Below are positions 28,344 through 38,093 of a stretch of DNA of 64,000 nt, in pieces. How positions within the stretch are numbered: position 1 is the stretch's first letter; every line of letters starts with the position of its first letter. The stretch lies in the NCBI GenBank assembly GCA_963664825.1, contig OY761614.1:3328001-3392000 (forward strand), in the 5' to 3' direction. Origin of the DNA: an uncultured Holophaga sp. (GTDB taxonomy: Bacteria; Acidobacteriota; Holophagae; Holophagales; Holophagaceae). The notes beneath the pieces were generated by a model. The model searched no databases and had not been told where the DNA came from. It saw only the letters and a program-made list of their open reading frames with translations. The position numbers and the translations under genes are program-made.

Positions 28344-30518
28344 CTAGGGCTGATAGCCGTAGTAATACGCATATCGGTGATACCCGAACCGGGCACTCTG
28401 CGGGTTCACGTCGTTGAAAATGAAGCCCTTGGCATGGGCACCCGCGATTTCGAGCCCCTTCAAGGTGGCCTGGATTTCACCCAAGGGGTGCTGCCCGTCC
28501 TTGACCAGCAATAGCACGGCTCCCACCTGGGCCCCGATGATGGCCGCATCCGTGACCGCCAGAACCGGAGGAGCGTCCAGAATCACATAATCATAGGCCT
28601 CACAGACCTCCCCCAGGAAGGCGCCGAAGCGCTTCCCGGATAGGAGTTCCGAAGGATTGGGGGGCAGAGTCCCCGTGCTGATCATGTCCAACCCGTGGCC
28701 ATGGTGCAGCACGTCGCGCCAGGCCAAACGGCCCACCAAAATTTCGGAGAGCCCCCCCTTCCGTTCCAGGGCCCCAAAGTGGCGGTGGAGCTTTCCCTTG
28801 CGCATATCCGCATCCACCAGGAGCACCCGGGCGCCTAACTGGGCCAGCACCACCGCAAAATTCACACTCACGAAGGACTTGCCGATCTCCGGTGAGGACC
28901 CAGCGATGAGGATGGCCCGATTGGGGGCGTCCACTAGGCTGAATTGAAGGCTGGTGCGCAGGCTTCGAAGGCTTTCCACAACCATATCCTCTGGATGAGC
29001 CGTGGAGAGCAGGGTGAGCGGTCCAACCGCTTTCCGGGATTTTCGGGTGAGGTCCATCTGATTGAGACTGTGGGGAATGGTGACCATAACCGGAAGGCCG
29101 AACTGGGCCTCCAGGATCTGGGGATCCTCCACCCCGCTATGCAGGGCACGGCGCAGCATGACTAGGCCGACCCCCACCAGAGCCCCCATTAGCGTCCCCA
29201 GGGTGATCACCAGGGCCTTCTGAGGTTTCACAGGATCCAGGCTGGCCACCGCGCGATCGACGATACGCGCATTCCCAATTTCGCCGGCCCGGGCCATCTG
29301 GAGCTGTTGATTACTGACGGATTCCAAGTTCATGAGCGAACTATACAGCTCTTGATTCACCTGGACATCCCGCATGAGGCGCATGACTTCCTGCTGGGTG
29401 CGGGGCAGGCTCTTCACCTGGGCCTCGAGACGCCGTCCTTCAGTCTGAAGCTTGGCGATTTGCTGGTCGAGGGTGGCCACCACATCCGAACGTTCCTGGT
29501 AGGTGCGGAGCAGCTCCTCCCGCTTCTGACGCAGGGCGAGCAACTGGGATTCCAGGTCCACGCTCTGCTTGACCACGAGCTTAGCTTCCTCATTGATATC
29601 GGCGGTACGCGCGCCAGCCCGGAACTGATTGAGGAGTTGCTCTGAGCCCTTCAGCTTGCCGCGCAGATGGGACGCCTGTTCTTGGAGGAAGGTCTGGGCC
29701 CTGGAAGCTTCCTCGGCCTTCCGTTCCACATTTTGGCGGACGTACTGGTCCAGGACGGCGTTGAGGATTTCGGTTCCCCGATCAGGCAGAGGGTGCTGGA
29801 ACGTGAGGGACAGGATATTGGTCTCCTTCCCTTTCTCCGCAACGGTCAGGTTCTTCCGAATGTCCTGGATGGGTTCCTGGAGGTGCTGACGCTGGAGGAT
29901 GAAGCACTGACCGGCCTTGCCGACTAGGTTGCGCACCTTCAGCATCATGGGTTGTCCCTGCCAAGTGGCCTGGGTCTCCTCCCCCACCTTGCCCTGAGCC
30001 AGAATCTGGCCCTGGGGATCCATCCAAACAAAGACCCCATTCCCCTGTGCCATCAGGGTAAACCTCTGGCCTCGCGCCCCCTCAGGCAGTTCGCAGGTTT
30101 CCACCTCAAGCCGAGGAGCCTCTTTCTTCCCGCGAAAAAAGGCGGAGTCGGAGAGCCGGTTCAAGATTGGAAGGGTGATCAGATCCAGGTGGAGCGCCTC
30201 CGCGGCCCGACCCAGCACTCGATTGCTCTGCAGGATCTCCACTTCAGCCCGAGCCTGGGCATTCACCTCGAAGAGCCCTTCGGTCCTGACCGCCAGGGCC
30301 GGGGCCCCCTTGCTGTCCTGCTTGGCCTCCACTTGAAGCAGGGCCTCGATCTGGTAGATCGGGGTGGCGAACAGAATATAGAAACCACCCAGAAGAAGGG
30401 CCAGGAGGGTGCAGCTTAGGACAATCCAGCGCCCCCCCCAAAGAAGTGTCAGCAATTCGCCCAGGGACAGTTCATCGGCCTTGGAGGAAGTAGAAGATAC
30501 GTTCGGGATGCTTTTCAT
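28344..30518 (-). CDS. wzc: Polysaccharide co-polymerase / tyrosine autokinase
   Basis: Two TM helices, ESLRSLRTSL, Walker A GKS, DADMRKG and a C-terminal tyrosine cluster YHRYAYYYGY. Confidence 0.93.
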   Translation of the reverse strand: MKSIPNVSSTSSKADELSLGELLTLLWGGRWIVLSCTLLALLLGGFYILFATPIYQIEALLQVEAKQDSKGAPALAVRTEGLFEVNAQARAEVEILQSNRVLGRAAEALHLDLITLPILNRLSDSAFFRGKKEAPRLEVETCELPEGARGQRFTLMAQGNGVFVWMDPQGQILAQGKVGEETQATWQGQPMMLKVRNLVGKAGQCFILQRQHLQEPIQDIRKNLTVAEKGKETNILSLTFQHPLPDRGTEILNAVLDQYVRQNVERKAEEASRAQTFLQEQASHLRGKLKGSEQLLNQFRAGARTADINEEAKLVVKQSVDLESQLLALRQKREELLRTYQERSDVVATLDQQIAKLQTEGRRLEAQVKSLPRTQQEVMRLMRDVQVNQELYSSLMNLESVSNQQLQMARAGEIGNARIVDRAVASLDPVKPQKALVITLGTLMGALVGVGLVMLRRALHSGVEDPQILEAQFGLPVMVTIPHSLNQMDLTRKSRKAVGPLTLLSTAHPEDMVVESLRSLRTSLQFSLVDAPNRAILIAGSSPEIGKSFVSVNFAVVLAQLGARVLLVDADMRKGKLHRHFGALERKGGLSEILVGRLAWRDVLHHGHGLDMISTGTLPPNPSELLSGKRFGAFLGEVCEAYDYVILDAPPVLAVTDAAIIGAQVGAVLLLVKDGQHPLGEIQATLKGLEIAGAHAKGFIFNDVNPQSARFGYHRYAYYYGYQP

Positions 30519-30630
30519 AGCGTCATGACCTGGATTGGGACAGCCCCGATGGGATTCAATTTTATTGAAAATAAAATAAACATACACTCTCACCCGCGGG
30601 GTAATTTTTTTTAATACGCCAATAAGATGA

Positions 30631-31725
30631 TTAGTCCTTCAGATAGTGAATTTCCGCAGCTGTCAACCCGATGGACGTGACCGCCGAAACCGTCGGGAGC
30701 AACATGCTCATGACCCGGTTGAAGCGCACGAGGGTGCCGGCATCGACATAGACGATGTCCCGAGGGTTGAGGGGAAAGTGGTCGGCCAATACCATGGCCG
30801 TGGGATTACGGGCGTCCAGGTGGTAAACGTCGACCGCATTGGCAGCAACTCCCTGGCGGATGACATAGATGGAACGGGCATCCGCCGAGAGGGGTTGGAT
30901 GCCGCCTGCCTCGGCGAGAGCTTGGGCCAGCGAAAGGCTTCCATGGACGAGGGGCATCGTTCCGGGCTTTACCACCTCCCCCAGCATGTATACGGGTTCT
31001 TCCTTGGCGTTGGGAACATGCAGGGAATCTCCGTTTTTAAGGGTGATCTGCCCGATGCGATTGCCTGCGGTCATCAAGGCCTGGAAATCCAGCCTCCAGG
31101 TTTTCTCCCCCCGGGTGAGGATCAAGCGGCTGTCGTCGGCGGTGGGGAGGAAACCGCCCGCGCGGTTCACGGCTTCGGCCAAGGTGAAGGGCACATCCGT
31201 GATGGTGTAGACGGCGGGCGTCTTGACCTCGCCCCCTACATACACTTTCTGGGACCGGTAGGCGACGACCTTGACATCGACCTGAGGCTTTTGAAGCACC
31301 TTCCCGAGCATGGAAGTGAGCTTGTCGCGCACTTGAGATGGCGTCAGCCCACCCACGGCGACCTTGCCGATATAGGGGAAATAGAGAGAGCCTTCCTCAT
31401 CGATCACCATGCCCGTGGCCGTATCGGTGCGGTATTGGCCCAAAGGCAACGTGATCTCGGGGTGATCCCACACGGTCACCAGCAGGACATCCTGGGGGCC
31501 GACACGGTAAGGGACCTGTTTCTCGTGAAGAAGTTCACCGAGGGGACCCGGGTCCAGGGTGCGAGACTCTGGGCCCTTCAACACGTGATGATCGAGGGAA
31601 CGAAGGGTTACGTTGAGCCCATCCATTCGGGTGGTGGTCACGTGGGCACCGGGTTTCACATTCAATTTCATCCCTGGAGCGGTGCAGGCATTCATCAGCA
31701 CCAGGGTGCCCAGGGCAATCCCCAT
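30631..31725 (-). CDS. wza: Polysaccharide export outer-membrane lipoprotein
   Basis: Lipobox MNAC, YRVGPQDVL.VTVWDHPE, SLBB repeats and C-terminal RFNRVMSMLLPT; start uncertain. Confidence 0.92.
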   Translation of the reverse strand: MGIALGTLVLMNACTAPGMKLNVKPGAHVTTTRMDGLNVTLRSLDHHVLKGPESRTLDPGPLGELLHEKQVPYRVGPQDVLLVTVWDHPEITLPLGQYRTDTATGMVIDEEGSLYFPYIGKVAVGGLTPSQVRDKLTSMLGKVLQKPQVDVKVVAYRSQKVYVGGEVKTPAVYTITDVPFTLAEAVNRAGGFLPTADDSRLILTRGEKTWRLDFQALMTAGNRIGQITLKNGDSLHVPNAKEEPVYMLGEVVKPGTMPLVHGSLSLAQALAEAGGIQPLSADARSIYVIRQGVAANAVDVYHLDARNPTAMVLADHFPLNPRDIVYVDAGTLVRFNRVMSMLLPTVSAVTSIGLTAAEIHYLKD

Positions 31726-32016
31726 GTCCCACCGGAGGCCTTCACCTCCCAGGTTGCGCCCAGGACAGACAGACTGAACATCGGCGAAGTTGGCCGCGGA
31801 ATGGGGTTTGGGGCGGGAAAATGGGTGCACGACCACCTCCGACAGGGGAGCGCATGACAACCTTCATTTAGGGGGATAGCCCGCACAATATCGTAGCTTC
31901 TAGAGATATTGCAAGAGAATTCCCAATCCAGCTCGTGAGGGAATATTGATATTTTTGGGTACAGGAAATCCGAGCCCCCCTCGATTCACAGGGCCCTTAT
32001 CGTCCGAAGGCTAGCC

Positions 32017-33321
32017 TCACCAGGGATCCTGGACGCCGCGCCGAGCCTCAGCATGCCGCAGCGCCCGCAATCCGATATCCCTTCTGAACTGCATGTGCGG
32101 CCAAACCACTTCGTCGAGATCCGCTGCCACCCTTTCCCGAGCCGCAGCCAGATCAGGTGCCAGGGCTGTGAGATTAAGCACACGCCCCCCGTTCGTGGTC
32201 CAGCCCCCTTGCACCTTCCGGGTGCCGGCATGGATGACCGTACCGTGCGGGGCGCGAATCTCAATGGGCACGCCTTTCTTAGCGCCCTCGGGATAGTCCT
32301 CCGCCGCCAGGACCACCGTGATGGCGCAGCCCTCCTGGATGCGCAGCGAGGTGTGCGAGAGCCGCCCCTCGGCCACTTCCAGCAGCAGCAGGGCCAGATC
32401 CTCGTCCAGCAACTGCAGGAGCACTTGGGTCTCGGGATCGCCAAAGCGCACGTTGTATTCCAGGAGTTTGGGACCGGAAGCGGTCCACATCACACCCAGG
32501 AAGAAGACACCCCTGGCGCTGAGCCCCTCCTGCTGGCAGCCCCGCAGGGTGGGTTCCACCAACTCCAGTCGGAGACGTTCCAGATCCTCGGCCCGCAGGA
32601 AGGGGATGGGACCGAAGGCACCCATGCCACCGGTATTGGGGCCCTGGTCGCCTTCGAAGATGCGCTTGTGGTCCTGACAGGGCGGCAGGATCGCATAGCG
32701 GAGGTGATCGGCCTCCACATCCACCAGCACATGCAGACTGAGTTCCATACCAACGAGGGGTTCCTCCAAGACCACCGTCTGGGAAGCCTCGCCGAAGGCC
32801 CCGGCCAGGAAGGAACCCAGCGTCTCCAGGGCCTCGGCCTCGCTATGGGCGAGCACAACGCCCTTGCCTGCCGCCAGGCCATCGGCCTTGAGCACGATGG
32901 GGTAGCCCAGATTCCAGGTGCGGATGGCGGCTTCGGCCGCGTCGAGGTCCGTATAGGTGCCGCTGGCCGCGCAGGGAATCCCGTGGCGATGCATGAAGTC
33001 CTTGGCGAAGGCCTTGGAACCCTCCAGGCGCGCCGTGGCCGCGCCATGGCCGAAGACGGGAATGCCCAGGGCGCCGATGCGATCGGCGAGGCCCAGCACC
33101 AAGGGGACCTCCGGGCCAATCACCACCAGATCCGGGCGGGCGCTCGCACACCAATCCCCGATCCCGGCCACATCCTCGCTCCCGAGGGGGAGGCAGATCC
33201 CCACTTCGCCGATGGCATCACTGCCGGGAGCGGCGAAGAGTTCGACAGGCGTTCGCCCTGTCTTGAGCTTCAGGGCCAGGGCGTGTTCCCGACCCCCGGA
33301 ACCCACGAGCAGGATCTTCAT
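32017..33321 (-). CDS. purD: Phosphoribosylamine-glycine ligase
   Basis: GSGGREHAL, LEGSKAFAK, KADGLAAGKGV, QDHKRIFEGDQGPNTGGMG and RFGDPE. Confidence 0.97.
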   Translation of the reverse strand: MKILLVGSGGREHALALKLKTGRTPVELFAAPGSDAIGEVGICLPLGSEDVAGIGDWCASARPDLVVIGPEVPLVLGLADRIGALGIPVFGHGAATARLEGSKAFAKDFMHRHGIPCAASGTYTDLDAAEAAIRTWNLGYPIVLKADGLAAGKGVVLAHSEAEALETLGSFLAGAFGEASQTVVLEEPLVGMELSLHVLVDVEADHLRYAILPPCQDHKRIFEGDQGPNTGGMGAFGPIPFLRAEDLERLRLELVEPTLRGCQQEGLSARGVFFLGVMWTASGPKLLEYNVRFGDPETQVLLQLLDEDLALLLLEVAEGRLSHTSLRIQEGCAITVVLAAEDYPEGAKKGVPIEIRAPHGTVIHAGTRKVQGGWTTNGGRVLNLTALAPDLAAARERVAADLDEVVWPHMQFRRDIGLRALRHAEARRGVQDPW

Positions 33322-33573
33322 GTGGAACCTCCAGTCTCAAGTATCCACGAGGAGGGCCTTGGCAGGGGTCTCTTCCGCCCTGCCCCATCCCCCCGGCCCC
33401 TGCCCCCGGTTCGGGTTCGGCTCGCCCCCCTTCCCTGGCCCGATGGCCCTGAATCCCCATCCTTCCTCCGTCATCCCGGGCGATCCTCCCATATGGGCCC
33501 ACCGATCTCCGGGATTGCTTTCCCCTACGGCCGGGCCTTCAGGGCCTTTCCGGATCTTTCAGAAGGAGGCCAT

Positions 33574-34143
33574 ATGTTCACCCTCTCCCAGACCCTCGGC
33601 GCGGTGGCGCTGGCCCTCACGGGCCTCGGCCTCCAGGCCGAAGACTTCTCCTCCCTGATGCAGGTGACCGGTACCACCTGGCCGGAGAAGACCCATCTCG
33701 GCGTCATCTGTGACTACGCCAATAGTCGGGCCCAGGTGGAAGACCTCGCCCGAGCCGCCGGCGGAGCTTCGAGGATCACGGTGGTCGATATCCGCCAATC
33801 CGAAAAGGCCTCCCTCGGCGCCCAGATCCTGGCCAATCACCGGGCCGATTTCCTCGTGTTGCTGCCCAAGGACCGGTTCTGCTACGACGGTTCCTTCTGC
33901 GCCACCCTGGCGATCTCCCGTCTATCCATGCGGGGCATTCCAGCAATCGGCACAACGCCCAAAGCCCTGAACCAGGGCGCCGTATTCAGCCTGGGTGATG
34001 GCACGAAGGGGGAACTCCTCGTGACGAACCGTCTCCACGGCACGCTGGATGTCATCCTGCCCGTCGGGATCAGCTACAGCCGGAAGGCCAGCCTGCCTCT
34101 CTCGGGAGGCATGGCCACGATCACACTGTTCAGCGCGAAATGA
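33574..34143 (+). CDS. Exported hypothetical protein
   Basis: AAGGAGG ribosome-binding site, signal peptide ending GLQA, terminator downstream. Confidence 0.75.
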   Translation: MFTLSQTLGAVALALTGLGLQAEDFSSLMQVTGTTWPEKTHLGVICDYANSRAQVEDLARAAGGASRITVVDIRQSEKASLGAQILANHRADFLVLLPKDRFCYDGSFCATLAISRLSMRGIPAIGTTPKALNQGAVFSLGDGTKGELLVTNRLHGTLDVILPVGISYSRKASLPLSGGMATITLFSAK

Positions 34144-34160
34144 CAGCGGCTGTCACCGCT

Positions 34161-34188
34161 AAGAGCCCCCAGGAAACCGGGGGCTCTT
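34161..34188. terminator. Probable bidirectional terminator hairpin between convergent genes
   Basis: AAGAGCCCCC-N8-GGGGGCTCTT 10-bp stem. Confidence 0.7.
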
Positions 34189-34194
34189 CTGCTG

Positions 34195-34953
34195 CTATAG
34201 CCATTCCCCGAATTGCTCCCGGTAGGTGCGACTCAGGGTCAGCTTGGTGCCATCCCTCATGATCACGAGGTGATCGCCGCTGGTCCAAGGCTGGAGTTCC
34301 TTGATGCAGTCCAAGTTCACGATGGCCGAGCGATGGATGCGACGGAACTGATGGGGGTCCAGCCTAGCCAGCAGGGCGGCCATGGTCTGCCTCAGCAGGA
34401 AGGAGGTGCCCTCCACGTGCAGCCGGACGTAGTTATCCTCGGCCTCGACCCACTGAAGGGCCGTGGTGCGGACCAGGAAATGCCGGTCCCCCTGGCGCAC
34501 GAGGAGGCGGTCCAACCAGGGGCGTTCCTGGCGAATCCCCGACAGGAGAGCATCCAGGTTCTGTTTGGAAGCGCCGTTGGCGGCGGCCATGGCGCACCAG
34601 CGGCGCGCCCGATCCAAGGCCTGCTGAAAACGCTCGGGATCGAAGGGCTTGAGCAGGTAGTCCAGGGCATGCACTTCGAAGGCCTTCAGGGCGTGCTGGT
34701 CGAAGGCCGTCACGAAGAGCGTGGTGGGCATCCGGTCAATGCCCACGGCCTCGATTACGCCAAAACCGTCCAGTTCGGGCATCTGGATATCCAGGAACAC
34801 CAGATCGGGTTTCAGTTCCTCGATGGCCTTCACGGCCTCGAGGCCGTCGCCGCATTCGCCTACCACGTTGAAATCCGCCTCCTTCTCCAGGAGATGGAGG
34901 ATCCGCTGCCTCGCCAAGGACTCGTCATCGACCACCAGGGCCTTGAATGTCAT
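34195..34953 (-). CDS. LytTR family response regulator
   Basis: REC domain (VDDE, LDIQMP, DYLLKP) + LytTR domain (FRRIHRSAIVN, LSRTY). Confidence 0.95.
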   Translation of the reverse strand: MTFKALVVDDESLARQRILHLLEKEADFNVVGECGDGLEAVKAIEELKPDLVFLDIQMPELDGFGVIEAVGIDRMPTTLFVTAFDQHALKAFEVHALDYLLKPFDPERFQQALDRARRWCAMAAANGASKQNLDALLSGIRQERPWLDRLLVRQGDRHFLVRTTALQWVEAEDNYVRLHVEGTSFLLRQTMAALLARLDPHQFRRIHRSAIVNLDCIKELQPWTSGDHLVIMRDGTKLTLSRTYREQFGEWL

Positions 34954-36038
34954 GAGACCTCCAGGTTTTCCAGCGTATCGATGGGGAAGCGAAGCACCAC
35001 CAGGGTGCCCTTCCCCGAGGCCCCCAGGATATCGATGCGCTGCTGGCCCTTGTAGAGGAGGCTCAGGCGGGCCCGGACATTGGAGAGGCCCACGCCCTCC
35101 CGCCCGGCCACAAAGCCCTCGCCATCGTCCTGGACTTCGAGCACCAGGAATTCAGAATCCCTCCGGGCCCGAACGATGAGGGTGCCCCCCTGGGAACGGC
35201 CCGAGAGGCCATGCTTCAGGGCATTCTCCACCAGGGGTTGCAGGATGAAACTCGGCACCCTGGCGCCCATCAGTTCCAGCGGGATCTCCACCCGCACCTG
35301 TAGGCGATCCTGGAAGCGCACCCGCTCGATGGCCAGGTAGGCTTCGATGAAGGCCAGTTCCTTGCGAAGGGGCACGAGCTGGTCCGGTGAAGCCTCCAGC
35401 GTCATCCGGAGGAAATCCCCCAGGCGCCCGATCATGCGATCGGCCCCCTCGGGATCCGAATGGATGAGGGCCGAAACGGAATTCAGGGTATTGAAGAGAA
35501 AGTGGGGTCGCAGCTGCATGCGCAGGGCCAGGTTTTGCGCCTCGGCGAAGCGGGCCTCCAGGCGGGCGGCCTCCACCTCCCGGGCCCGGAACTTGCGATA
35601 GATGCGGTGTCCGTGCAGCGAACCCAGCAGCGCCCACATGAAGATCAGATTGATGTGGAAGTAGTTGCGGTAGAAGTAGGGCATCCGCGCGAAGTAGCCC
35701 AGGGCGTGCCCCTCCTTATCCCATCCCCCTCCGAGGAAGGTCTGGCTGATCAGGTAGGCGAAAAAGAGCCCCAGCGCCGCAACCGCCACGCTGGCTCCCA
35801 GGTGCAGCCCCCAGGTGGGCCATTCCCGCAGCGAGAAGGACTCGATGGGCCGATGATCCGAGAGCTTCACCAGGACGAGTCCGAGCAGGCCCCACACCAG
35901 ATTCTGGAGGGCGTTCAGGACCAGCAGGCGCAGCACCTCCGGGTGCTCGGCCATGGCGATATCCCAGGAGGCCATGTAGAGCGCCAGGAGCGCCCAGGCG
36001 CCCCAGTACCAGATCCATTTCCGATCGCGCTTCGCCAT
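34950..36038 (-). CDS. LytS/YehU family sensor histidine kinase
   Basis: 4 TM helices, QLRPHFLFNTLN, LQPLVENALKHG and GVGLSNVRARL. Confidence 0.93.
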   Translation of the reverse strand: MAKRDRKWIWYWGAWALLALYMASWDIAMAEHPEVLRLLVLNALQNLVWGLLGLVLVKLSDHRPIESFSLREWPTWGLHLGASVAVAALGLFFAYLISQTFLGGGWDKEGHALGYFARMPYFYRNYFHINLIFMWALLGSLHGHRIYRKFRAREVEAARLEARFAEAQNLALRMQLRPHFLFNTLNSVSALIHSDPEGADRMIGRLGDFLRMTLEASPDQLVPLRKELAFIEAYLAIERVRFQDRLQVRVEIPLELMGARVPSFILQPLVENALKHGLSGRSQGGTLIVRARRDSEFLVLEVQDDGEGFVAGREGVGLSNVRARLSLLYKGQQRIDILGASGKGTLVVLRFPIDTLENLEVS

Positions 36039-36058
36039 ATTCCCAGGCTAGTGATAAA

Positions 36059-36083
36059 CCCGGGGCCCATCCAGGGCCCCGGG
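36059..36083 (-). terminator. Hairpin between the FN3 gene and lytS; possible weak terminator
   Basis: CCCGGGGCCC-N5-GGGCCCCGGG stem followed on the minus strand by a short TTTAT tract. Confidence 0.5.
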
Positions 36084-36112
36084 GTGAATCGACGGGCGAT
36101 TGGGGCGAAATC

Positions 36113-38086
36113 CTAGCGGATCTCCAGTTCCGCAGCAGCCCCCGAACGGCCGACGAGGCCCTTGGCATCCTCCAGGTGGATGCGGTAATGGACGCGGCCG
36201 CTGACGGGTCGGGGGTCCACCACTTCCAGCTCCTGGAAGGGCCCCTGGACCTCGGTCCAGAGGCGTTCGCCCGGGGCCTTGCGATGCAGGAAGGCGCGGA
36301 AGCCCTCGGGGAGGGCCGTCAGCTTCACCTGTACGTGGCGGAAGGGCGTCTCCACCAAACGGAGCATGGGCACAGGAGGTTCGGGTACAGGCGGCGGGCT
36401 CACGCGGGTCTCGGCGCCCGGGGAGAAGGCGCTGCGCACCCCCTCGGGAGAGACCGACACCAGGCGGTAGCGGTAGGTCTCCCCGGGGTCCACCCAGATA
36501 TCCGTGAATTCCCGGGCAATGGCTGGGAGGGGATCGCCGATCACCAGTTCGAGGCCATAGGAGGCCCTCTCCTTATCCTCGGAGCGCCTCATGGAGCGCA
36601 GCACCAGGAACTGGGCCGTGCGTTCTTCCGGCGCCGAAGGACGGAACCGAAGCAGCACCTTCCCATCGGCCCCCTCCAAACCCTGGAGGATGGGCGGCTG
36701 GGGCGCGCTCTGGTCTTCCCGCACGACACTTACGGCTGCGCAGGGATCACTGGCCAGATTATCGAAGGTGATGGCCGATACGCGGTAGCTGAGGGTGCCG
36801 CTCACGTCATCGGTCAGCAGATCCTCCAGTTTTCCCCCCTGGGCCAGATCCTTGCCCAGGCGCGTCCAGACGCCCTCCCCCTGGCGCCGCTCCACCAGGA
36901 AACCCGCCAGGGGCGTTTCCGGCAATTGCCAGGTGAGGACGTTCCCCAGGGGACTGGCCTTCACCTCGAGCCCCTTAGGCGCTCCGGGACGTTCCTTGGA
37001 GCGCGCGATCACATAGGCACGGGCCCCGGGATCGCCCACATTGCCGTCCGCATCCACCACGCGGAGCCGGTAGTAGTAGGTGGCCCCTCCCCCCACGGAG
37101 CCGTCTCGAAAATTCGTGGTCGCCGGGACCAGGGGCTTGGAGGTGATGAGTTCGAAGGGACCGCTGGGGGTGAGCGAGCGCTCCACCAGGATGCCCGCGC
37201 TGCGAGGCGTCGGACTGGGCTTGAATTCCAGCAGATTGACTCCGGCCTCGGAGCGCACGGAGAGTTCCGTGGGGGGCCGCAGGGTGGCGGGATCCGGGAA
37301 GAATACGCCCACGGCAGCGTCGGGTCCCCGGCGCCCGAATACATCCACGGCCCAGACCCGGTATTCGCTGGCCCGATCGCCGGGAGCCTCGCGGTCCTCG
37401 AAGGCTGGCGTCGCGGGGTTCCAGATCCCCAGGATATTGGGGCGCTGGGTGAGCACCTGATCCCCCCGCTGGATGCGGTAGTCCACGATGGGAATCTCGC
37501 CCCCATCCACAGGAGCCCAGAAGAGTTTCACGGATTCCTTGGCCGCCTCGGCCCGCAGACCGGTGGGCACCTGCGGGAGGGGCGAGATCAGCCCCCCATC
37601 CACCTCCGCGCTCACCAGGCGCGGTCCCACGGCTTTACCTGCACCGTCGAGCCCCACCACCGTATAGGCGCGACGGCCCAAGGGCAGGCCCGCAAGTGCG
37701 CAGCCCAAACCCAGGGCCCGTCCCAGGGCGGGACGGTTCCCCGCCTCCACCAGCGCGTTCAGGGCGAGCATGCGGCGCTTGCCCTCGTCCTTTTCCGCCA
37801 GCATCTCGCCATACAGCTTCCCGGCTTCCAGGGCCTCCTCCGGGGGCAGGGCCTTCAGGGCCTCCGGGTCTCCGGCCTTCAGGGCGGGCACCCACACCTG
37901 GCCCCCCGCATCCAGCACGCGCCAGCCTCCCGCGGGCAACGGCACCTTCATGGGCGGCCAGATCAGCAGGCGCACCCTCCCTTCTCCTTCCGAGACCGCC
38001 AAGAGGGCCCCGTCCGGGGCGACCTTCCGGGAAGGCGCCTGGGCGGCAAGGGCGACACTCAGACCCATCAGTAGCAGTGCGCGCAT
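36113..38086 (-). CDS. Exported multi-fibronectin type III domain protein
   Basis: Signal peptide; repeated P..P..L..W..Y.I.R ... YRV.AVD FN3 pattern (about 5 copies). Confidence 0.8.
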   Translation of the reverse strand: MRALLLMGLSVALAAQAPSRKVAPDGALLAVSEGEGRVRLLIWPPMKVPLPAGGWRVLDAGGQVWVPALKAGDPEALKALPPEEALEAGKLYGEMLAEKDEGKRRMLALNALVEAGNRPALGRALGLGCALAGLPLGRRAYTVVGLDGAGKAVGPRLVSAEVDGGLISPLPQVPTGLRAEAAKESVKLFWAPVDGGEIPIVDYRIQRGDQVLTQRPNILGIWNPATPAFEDREAPGDRASEYRVWAVDVFGRRGPDAAVGVFFPDPATLRPPTELSVRSEAGVNLLEFKPSPTPRSAGILVERSLTPSGPFELITSKPLVPATTNFRDGSVGGGATYYYRLRVVDADGNVGDPGARAYVIARSKERPGAPKGLEVKASPLGNVLTWQLPETPLAGFLVERRQGEGVWTRLGKDLAQGGKLEDLLTDDVSGTLSYRVSAITFDNLASDPCAAVSVVREDQSAPQPPILQGLEGADGKVLLRFRPSAPEERTAQFLVLRSMRRSEDKERASYGLELVIGDPLPAIAREFTDIWVDPGETYRYRLVSVSPEGVRSAFSPGAETRVSPPPVPEPPVPMLRLVETPFRHVQVKLTALPEGFRAFLHRKAPGERLWTEVQGPFQELEVVDPRPVSGRVHYRIHLEDAKGLVGRSGAAAELEIR

Positions 38087-38093
38087 CACGACC

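Noticed and set aside
32053..33573. Upstream extension of the 696-aa ORF 32053-34143
   Set aside because: Overlaps purD on the opposite strand; the real start with ribosome-binding site and signal peptide is 33574
33322..33573. ZTP or purine riboswitch upstream of purD
   Set aside because: Conserved aptamer motifs not seen
34141..34155. Palindrome TGACAGC-G-GCTGTCA
   Set aside because: Single occurrence overlapping a stop codon next to a terminator; no evidence of function
36081..36092. 12-bp match (GGGGTGAATCGA) to the IS66 terminal repeat
   Set aside because: Lacks the terminal TAC, a partner end and a target duplication; probably chance
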